This document shows positions 60,571 through 64,000 of a stretch of 64,000 bases of DNA, in pieces. Below the pieces are notes generated by a model. The model had not been told where the DNA came from. It was given only the letters and a program-made list of their open reading frames with translations, and searched no databases. The stretch is from Schizosaccharomyces osmophilus. Taxonomy: Eukaryota. The stretch covers positions 1,984,001 through 2,048,000 of the forward strand of contig NC_079240.1 of the NCBI RefSeq assembly GCF_027921745.1, read 5' to 3'. Position numbers and translations under genes: made by a program. Numbering within the stretch: the first letter of the stretch is position 1; each line of letters begins with the position of its first letter.

Positions 60571-61404
60571 ATGAAACTGGTTGTTTTAGGTGGATCTGGG
60601 TTCCTTGGCCATAATATTTGTAAGCTTGCCGTTGCAAGAGGGCATCAAGTTGTGTCTGTGTCTCGAAGAGGACGTAGTGGTGTTCAATTTAAAGAACCAT
60701 GGATGGAAAAAGTCCATTGGGAACAAGCGGATGCAATGAAAGACCCCCATTCCCTTCTTCCATTTGTTCAAGGTGCTTTTGCTGTTGTAAACACAGTCGG
60801 AATTCTTATGGAATCCAACTATAAGCAAGCACTTGAAAACCCAAGAGGTTCCATTCTTCAACTCGTCAAGAACTTGAGAGGCAATGTTTTTCAAGGATCT
60901 GAAAACCCATTGAAGAAACCCCCTTCTCCATCTGTTCCTCCTGCTAAGCCAAGTCTGAAATTTGAATCCGTCAACCGAGAATTGGCTATCAATACAGCCA
61001 ATGTAGCGGCTGAAGCCCATGTCCCCGTATACTGTTATATTTCCGCTCATGCATCTGTTCCTGGACTGGATCCAAGATATATAAGTACAAAGAGACAGGC
61101 TGAGCGTGCGATTTCTAACATCCCGAAGATACGATCCATCTTTGTACGTCCTAGTTTTATGTACGATGCCCATGATCGACCTATATCGGGTATCTTTGCT
61201 CCGTTTCTAAAAATATCCTCTGGGATTAATCATTTCAGCTCTGGATTATTTGATTTTCTTGGCGCTGCTTCTGCTGAGCCCTTGCCTACTTGTGATGTCG
61301 CAAAAGCTACTCTTGAAGCTATCCTTGATCCTGCCAAATCTGGCCCATTGGGAATACAAGAGATTAAAGAATTGGCAAATCGAAAACATCCTTCTTCTAC
61401 TTGA
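60571..61404 (+). CDS. coq11: Atypical SDR / NAD-dependent epimerase (Coq11-like)
   Basis: VVLGGSGFLGHNICK, VSRRG, YISA, RYISTKRQAE; ATG at 60571. Confidence 0.82.
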   Translation: MKLVVLGGSGFLGHNICKLAVARGHQVVSVSRRGRSGVQFKEPWMEKVHWEQADAMKDPHSLLPFVQGAFAVVNTVGILMESNYKQALENPRGSILQLVKNLRGNVFQGSENPLKKPPSPSVPPAKPSLKFESVNRELAINTANVAAEAHVPVYCYISAHASVPGLDPRYISTKRQAERAISNIPKIRSIFVRPSFMYDAHDRPISGIFAPFLKISSGINHFSSGLFDFLGAASAEPLPTCDVAKATLEAILDPAKSGPLGIQEIKELANRKHPSST

Positions 61405-61770
61405 ATCAACAAATCCTGAAGAGGAGTAGCCGAAATTCACCAACGATTCATTTTATATATATCTTCCAAGTACGTCAACGATATTGCTTATTTCTTCTTT
61501 ACTTTAACGTATAATTACGAATTCCTTTTTATTTTACACTTCTTTTTTTATGATACAATTGGCAATGAAATGGATTTCGATATTTCGCTTTGTTTATTTC
61601 TTACTTTCTTAATTTTCATTAGTCATCTTTAAATGGATTTAGCACCATACTTCAACGAGCTACATATTAATCCCAGTGTACAAACGAACTCATTTTGTAC
61701 AGTAAAAGTGTACAGGAGGTTCTTTAAGGACAGGTGTCCAACTTGACGGTTTTTCGTTATTTATAAGACG

Positions 61771-63381
61771 ATGGGTTTGTCAGTCGGATTCATAAAGCGC
61801 CTGTTTCTTTGTTTTTGTTTCTATTCTATTGTTTTGCAAAGTTCCTCTCAGGTCATACCCTGGACTAGTGATAACCTGAAAGCCATTGAAGACGAAAAGG
61901 ATGATAATAATGATTTTTTAGAAAGTACTCTTTTAGATGCTGTTTCAACGAAGGAAAAACGATTAATTAACACTGAAGCTGAGGCTCATGATGAACGAAC
62001 GTCTCAGTTAATTATCTATTTTAATGAGATAAATTTCGATCAGCTAATCAGCAATGTATATTTGTCTTTTCGACAGAATGGATTCATTTTCTTTGTGTCA
62101 AATGACAAACAATGCTCCACTTGCCAATTTTATGCCCACAATGCAGCTTCTGCGTTTGTAAAGTTAGTAAAGGAATATAAATCAGGAATTTCTTTTTATT
62201 TATTTGATTGCAGCTCTAACCCTTCTTACTGTGAACAAGAGTTGGGAATTCATGCATACCCTACCTTAGCCTACTATCATAATATGGGTGATTTTACCTT
62301 TTTCAACAGTCATACGCCTTTTAAAGTCCTCAAAAAAATTGCAGAAACGGTACGCCCATTAAATAACTTGGATGGAAAACCACATATCGAAGATGTGGTT
62401 CGTTTAAAAGAGTTAGAGTCTCTAGAAAATAGATACCCCGTTTTTTTCTTGTACTTACATGATTATGGATCAACTTCTGAAGATTTTGACTATTTACGAA
62501 TGTTCTCTCGTTCTCTAGCTGGCTATGCTCCCATCTTTCGATCAGATGATTTAAATCTGGCTAAACATTACGATATTACTCGACTTCCTCACCTATTGGC
62601 CGTACGAAATGGGATTCCTTTTTCGTATCCGGCAAAGTACGTCTCCTGTATGCGCAATACCATCCGTATGTGCTCATGGGCTGCCAAACAAAAATACGCT
62701 CTTGTCCCAGAGCTAACCCCCGAATTTGCAAAAACAATAGACGAAGGTGCATATTTGGCTATCGCCTTAATAAGTCCTACTTCGCGTGACATCGAAAGCA
62801 ACGATTTGCATGATGTTCAGACAATCGCCAAACAGTGGATCCAAACTTTACGGTCTAATGAGCGAAGCCAATTACTTCAGGCTCGTAAAGAATGGTGGGA
62901 CTATGTCAAACGCCTAAAGGCGAAAGGTTACCAAGATATTGCTTCTCGTGCCTCTCATCCTTTACCTCTTCCCGAGAATAAGAAGATAACATTCGTCTGG
63001 CTGAATGCTCTTCATTGGAAATCATGGCTTAGTGATATGTTTTCCATCAAGTCTATACCCCAGTCACGATTCCTCTTTGTTCATCCATCAGGATTAAACT
63101 ATTGGGATCATTCTGAAGACGGTACATTACTTACATTAGATCAGCCTTCGCACATCGTACATACAGCTTTGGGTGTTTCATCTATTGAGGGTCGACCTCC
63201 TCATCACAAGTTAACAGTCAGCCGTGAATACTTTTGGCTCATACAAATCAAAGAGTTTTTAGCGTTTTATCAGATATATCTTTGGCTTCTCACTGCCTGT
63301 TTTATCCTTGTGGTTTATTGGCCTTCTGTCATTACATCTTTGAAGCAACGTTCGCTACAACATTTTAGGAAAAGCATTTGA
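61771..63381 (+). CDS. ER thioredoxin-fold/PDI-family type I membrane protein (Eps1-like)
   Basis: Signal peptide, CSTC, DC...C..LGIHAYPTL thioredoxin motif, C-terminal TM. Confidence 0.78.
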   Translation: MGLSVGFIKRLFLCFCFYSIVLQSSSQVIPWTSDNLKAIEDEKDDNNDFLESTLLDAVSTKEKRLINTEAEAHDERTSQLIIYFNEINFDQLISNVYLSFRQNGFIFFVSNDKQCSTCQFYAHNAASAFVKLVKEYKSGISFYLFDCSSNPSYCEQELGIHAYPTLAYYHNMGDFTFFNSHTPFKVLKKIAETVRPLNNLDGKPHIEDVVRLKELESLENRYPVFFLYLHDYGSTSEDFDYLRMFSRSLAGYAPIFRSDDLNLAKHYDITRLPHLLAVRNGIPFSYPAKYVSCMRNTIRMCSWAAKQKYALVPELTPEFAKTIDEGAYLAIALISPTSRDIESNDLHDVQTIAKQWIQTLRSNERSQLLQARKEWWDYVKRLKAKGYQDIASRASHPLPLPENKKITFVWLNALHWKSWLSDMFSIKSIPQSRFLFVHPSGLNYWDHSEDGTLLTLDQPSHIVHTALGVSSIEGRPPHHKLTVSREYFWLIQIKEFLAFYQIYLWLLTACFILVVYWPSVITSLKQRSLQHFRKSI

Positions 63382-63749
63382 AATAATACTTTGGCATATT
63401 AATATTAATATTACTATTAAGCGTCTCTACATATTCGCTTCACAAAAGTTTCCATTTAATTTTCGTCTGGTTTATTTTATGTTCCGATCAAATGGTTGTC
63501 TACCATAGATTTTTCTGATGTATATAATAAAAGTTTCCTACTCGCTCTTTTCTTTTTTTTTTTTTTTGTTAGTTTATAAGCGCGCTATATGCCTCCATAC
63601 AAATAATAGGTATAGCTTCAACTAAATCATATAAAAGATACTGTTTTTTTTTTTTTTTTTTTCTCGATTAAGGTTCATTTCAATCCAAATTCGCTTACAA
63701 GCCTCAACGTAAAACCAAAGCTTTGTTTTCAGACTACCGTTCTGCACAA

Positions 63750-64000
63750 ATGTCGAGAATACCAGAGATTAGGCGATCTCCATTAGTGTCTTTATTTCGA
63801 ACGCTTACTTTTGGAATTACTATTGCTTTATTCATAAGATATGCATTGGCCAAATTGGATATAAATAAGGTTTTGAACATCAAACAACCAGACCTGAATA
63901 TTTATTTTGACCTTCCAAATAGAACGATAGGGGACTTTCCTGTAAGAGTTTATGCAATTGGTGATATCCACGGAGATTTCAATAACGCCCTCGACATCCT
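63750..64000 (+). CDS. Calcineurin-like metallophosphoesterase with N-terminal membrane anchor (cut by window edge)
   Basis: MSRIPEIRR...TM...RVYAIGDIHGDFNNALDI, open to the window end. Confidence 0.8.
   Translation, partial: MSRIPEIRRSPLVSLFRTLTFGITIALFIRYALAKLDINKVLNIKQPDLNIYFDLPNRTIGDFPVRVYAIGDIHGDFNNALDI

Noticed and set aside
60586..61173. 195-aa ORF antisense to coq11, and similar shadows inside ski3, yme1 and the lyase
   Set aside because: Fully overlap conserved genes and have no recognisable domains.

Overview
Gene-dense, AT-rich fission-yeast DNA. It is a Schizosaccharomyces species but not S. pombe: the proteins are close to S. pombe chromosome III products yet diverged, consistent with the S. 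octosporus/cryophilus/osmophilus clade. Introns are short GT-AG with CTRAY branch points. Conserved genes in order: met1, tRNA-Gly(TCC), cti1, a short-chain dehydrogenase, cox13, mug33, cdc11, ppe1, ssa2 (Hsp70), npp106, ssp2, ppn1, sly1, ski3, a membrane protein, lsm8, csl4, vma8, yme1, fap7, ckk2, pbn1, amk2, coq11, a PDI-like gene and a truncated metallophosphoesterase. Four accessory patches interrupt this backbone. (1) A decayed pyridoxal-reductase (AKR) pseudogene beside the tRNA. (2) A spliced orphan two-TM gene after ssa2. (3) An intronless convergent pair, a DUF1989 protein and a fumarase/ASL-superfamily lyase with a non-canonical active-site residue, at an apparent inversion breakpoint; this is the best candidate for an undescribed catabolic module. 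(4) A 4-kb patch after yme1 holding a probable remote paralog of the orphan, a frameshifted divergent membrane ORF and an MFS-transporter relic. Orthology and synteny statements are from memory of S. pombe and were not checked by any search.
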